From: Chthoniobacterales bacterium
Lineage (GTDB): Bacteria; Verrucomicrobiota; Verrucomicrobiia; Chthoniobacterales; Chthoniobacteraceae
DNA length: 64,000 bases
Assembly: GCA_038207335.1 (NCBI GenBank)
Contig: JBBQZX010000004.1
Span: 64,001-128,000, forward strand
Direction of reading: 5' to 3'
Shown: in pieces, positions 62,034-64,000 of the stretch
Numbering within the stretch: position 1 is the first letter of the stretch
How the letters are laid out: the number at the start of each line of letters is the position of its first letter
Notes under the pieces: generated by a model
The model's database searches: none
What the model saw: the letters and a program-made list of their open reading frames with translations, nothing else
Told to the model about the DNA's origin: nothing
Made by a program: the position numbers and the translations under genes

Positions 62034-63077
62034 GTGAGCCTGCGTCCTCGGAATTCTGTATTCATCGGCATCGCCGGGCTGCAGCTGCTCGCGCTGGCGT
62101 CGTGCAAACGGAGCCAGCCGGAGCCTCCGTCGGCACCTGTTCTCGCGGAATCGGGTGTCGCCGCGGAGCCCGACCAGACCGCGCCGAAAGTCGGAGTGCC
62201 GATCCCGCAACCGCGAAGCACGACGCCCCCGCCGACGGAAATCTGGAAGGAGTTTTCAGGCGACAATGCTTTCGACGAAGTGCGGAAACAAGTCGGGGTG
62301 GGACCGCGCCCGTCCGGCTCCGCGGAGCTTGAAAGCGCGCGGAAGCTGATTACAACGGCTCTCGCGGCGCATGGGTGGGATGTGGAACTCCAGCCTTTCA
62401 CAGACGAGACGCCGCGCGGCCCGGTGAAATTCGTCAACGTCATCGCGCGATTTTCGGCAACCACCGCGCGTCCCGCACCGACGAACACGCAGCGCACGAT
62501 TGTCTGCTCGCACTACGACACGAAGCGCTTCAGCACGATCCAATTCGTCGGCGCGAGTGATGGCGCATCGAGCACCGGCGCGTTGCTGGAACTCGCGCGC
62601 GTTCTCGCGCTCGACCCGGCGCTCGCGGCGAAAGTGGAGCTCGTGTTCTTCGACGGCGAGGAGGCGTTCGTGCAGTTCGACGAAAAGGACGGGCTCTACG
62701 GGAGCCGTTTTTATGCGCGCGCGCTGCACGAATCGCACCGCGCGGGGCAGTTCAAATTTGGCATCCTGTGGGACATGATCGGCGACAAAGACCTGACGAT
62801 CACGCTATCGCCCGACTCACCTCAGCCGCTCACGAAGCAGCTCCTCGCCACTGCCGACGCGCTCGGGCTGCGCTCGTATTTCGGATACCACTCGCTGCCG
62901 ATTTACGACGACCACATCCCGCTCATTCAGGCGAAAATCCCGACGGTGGACATCATTGATTTCGACTACCTCCCATGGCATTCCGCCGACGACAAGCTCG
63001 ACAAACTCAGCCCAGAAAGCCTTCAGAAAATCGGCGCAGTCACGCTCCGCTTCCTCTACGACACGCTGGGAAAATAG
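62034..63077 (+). CDS. M28 family zinc peptidase / glutaminyl-cyclase-like lipoprotein
   Basis: Lipobox LALASC; HYDT, GASDGASS, DGEE, DMIGD, DDHIP, WHSADD. Confidence 0.85.
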   Translation: MSLRPRNSVFIGIAGLQLLALASCKRSQPEPPSAPVLAESGVAAEPDQTAPKVGVPIPQPRSTTPPPTEIWKEFSGDNAFDEVRKQVGVGPRPSGSAELESARKLITTALAAHGWDVELQPFTDETPRGPVKFVNVIARFSATTARPAPTNTQRTIVCSHYDTKRFSTIQFVGASDGASSTGALLELARVLALDPALAAKVELVFFDGEEAFVQFDEKDGLYGSRFYARALHESHRAGQFKFGILWDMIGDKDLTITLSPDSPQPLTKQLLATADALGLRSYFGYHSLPIYDDHIPLIQAKIPTVDIIDFDYLPWHSADDKLDKLSPESLQKIGAVTLRFLYDTLGK

Positions 63078-63090
63078 CGCGCCACCGGGG

Positions 63091-63642
63091 TCAGGGAAGT
63101 CGTCGGATCACACGGCACGGATTCCCCGCGGCGACGACATCACCAGGAATATCGCGCGTCACCACACTGCCCGCACCTATCACCGTGCGATCGCCGATCG
63201 TCACACCGGGACAAAGGATCGCACCGCCACCGATCCACACATCGGAGCCGATCGTGATCGGTCGCGCAGCCTCCATCCATGTCCGCCGCTCGGCTGCCGC
63301 GATGGGATGGGTCGCGGTGTAAATTTGCACCGCCGGGCCGAAAAGCACATTGCTGCCGATCACCACCGGCATCACGTCGAGCACGACGCAGTTGAAATTG
63401 AAAAACACCTTCTCCCCGAGAGTGATGTTCGTTCCGTAGTCGCAATAAAATGGTGGCTGAATCCACGCTCCAGTCTCGCGCCCGAAAAGCTCGGCGAGCA
63501 GCCGCTGCCGCAGATCGGGCTGATCTTCGCGCGTCTCATTGAGCTGCCGGCAGAGTTCACGGCAGCGCGATCTTTCAGCAGAAAGCACAGCATCGAGCGG
63601 GTCGTAAAGCTCACCCGCGAGCATCTTTTGTTTTTCAGTCAT
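63091..63642 (-). CDS. Sugar (maltose/galactoside) O-acetyltransferase
   Basis: EKQKMLAGELY, PPFYCDYG, hexapeptide repeats, GNPCRV; alternative TTG start at 63660. Confidence 0.92.
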   Translation of the reverse strand: MTEKQKMLAGELYDPLDAVLSAERSRCRELCRQLNETREDQPDLRQRLLAELFGRETGAWIQPPFYCDYGTNITLGEKVFFNFNCVVLDVMPVVIGSNVLFGPAVQIYTATHPIAAAERRTWMEAARPITIGSDVWIGGGAILCPGVTIGDRTVIGAGSVVTRDIPGDVVAAGNPCRVIRRLP

Positions 63643-63656
63643 CGTGTCGGCTTGGC

Positions 63657-64000
63657 TCAATTCTTCTTCTCGTCGAGATCGAGCACGAGCAGCGACACAG
63701 CCTGCCGCGGGAGTGAAAATCGCACCGTCGCAGTGCCTTCAGCCACTTCGAGATTCTGAGATGGCGCGAGCGATTCGAGGTGACCGGCGCGCTCGAGTTC
63801 GGCGAATTGCTCGGGCGTCGGAGATGCCGGCGAGCCGAGGCGTTTCCATACCTCGAACGAATTGCTGTGTGCCGCGTCGATGCGGAAATGCGTGAGCCGA
63901 ACGGCTCGATTTTCAAACGGCAGACCCGCGACTCGCAGCTCGATCTCGGCATCAGGACCGGCGATGTCGTCGTCGTGATAATGCCACGCCAGCACGCACA
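63657..64000 (-). CDS. GH39 beta-xylosidase-like protein, C-terminal fragment
   Basis: WHYHDDD...RIDAAHSN...WKRLGSP..PT..Q...L...G.L...FSLPRQAVSLL; 5' part lies outside the window. Confidence 0.8.
   Translation of the reverse strand, partial: CVLAWHYHDDDIAGPDAEIELRVAGLPFENRAVRLTHFRIDAAHSNSFEVWKRLGSPASPTPEQFAELERAGHLESLAPSQNLEVAEGTATVRFSLPRQAVSLLVLDLDEKKN

Overview
GC-rich, gene-dense bacterial chromosomal window with about 40 CDS and no rRNA, tRNA, CRISPR or mobile element that I could detect. Gene content suggests Verrucomicrobiota, Chthoniobacter/Spartobacteria-like (inference). Left to right: two FHA-Ser/Thr kinases flanking a secreted 21-residue-LRR protein; esterase; PQQ-type beta-propeller; TlpA thioredoxin; DEAD-box helicase; a redox cluster; DUF58/BatA/VWA genes; class I aldolase and Gfo/Idh/MocA oxidoreductase; DegP; PAS-GAF hybrid histidine kinase; a TPR gene behind a sigma-54-type promoter; nitrite/sulfite reductase-GNAT-larB-DUF1080-ABC transporter; a LITAF-like zinc-ribbon protein; HEAT lipoprotein; DUF4331 and HupE/UreJ; a giant lamin-tail/CotH protein, giant DUF1800, DUF1501 and GspG-like run; cupin; a decayed flavin halogenase; a pseudo-receiver/DUF4388 protein; YdeI; lipoate ligase; orphan parB; M28 peptidase; sugar O-acetyltransferase; and the 3' end of a GH39. 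The best candidate novel system is the redox cluster at 11688-17643. It encodes a tandem cNMP-binding/4x[4Fe-4S] protein, a membrane protein with two H-x13-H helices (possible di-heme b), a membrane-anchored decaheme cytochrome c and a divergent tetraheme cytochrome. Together these suggest a cyclic-nucleotide-controlled trans-membrane electron conduit. All calls come from manual motif recognition; no database searches were run.
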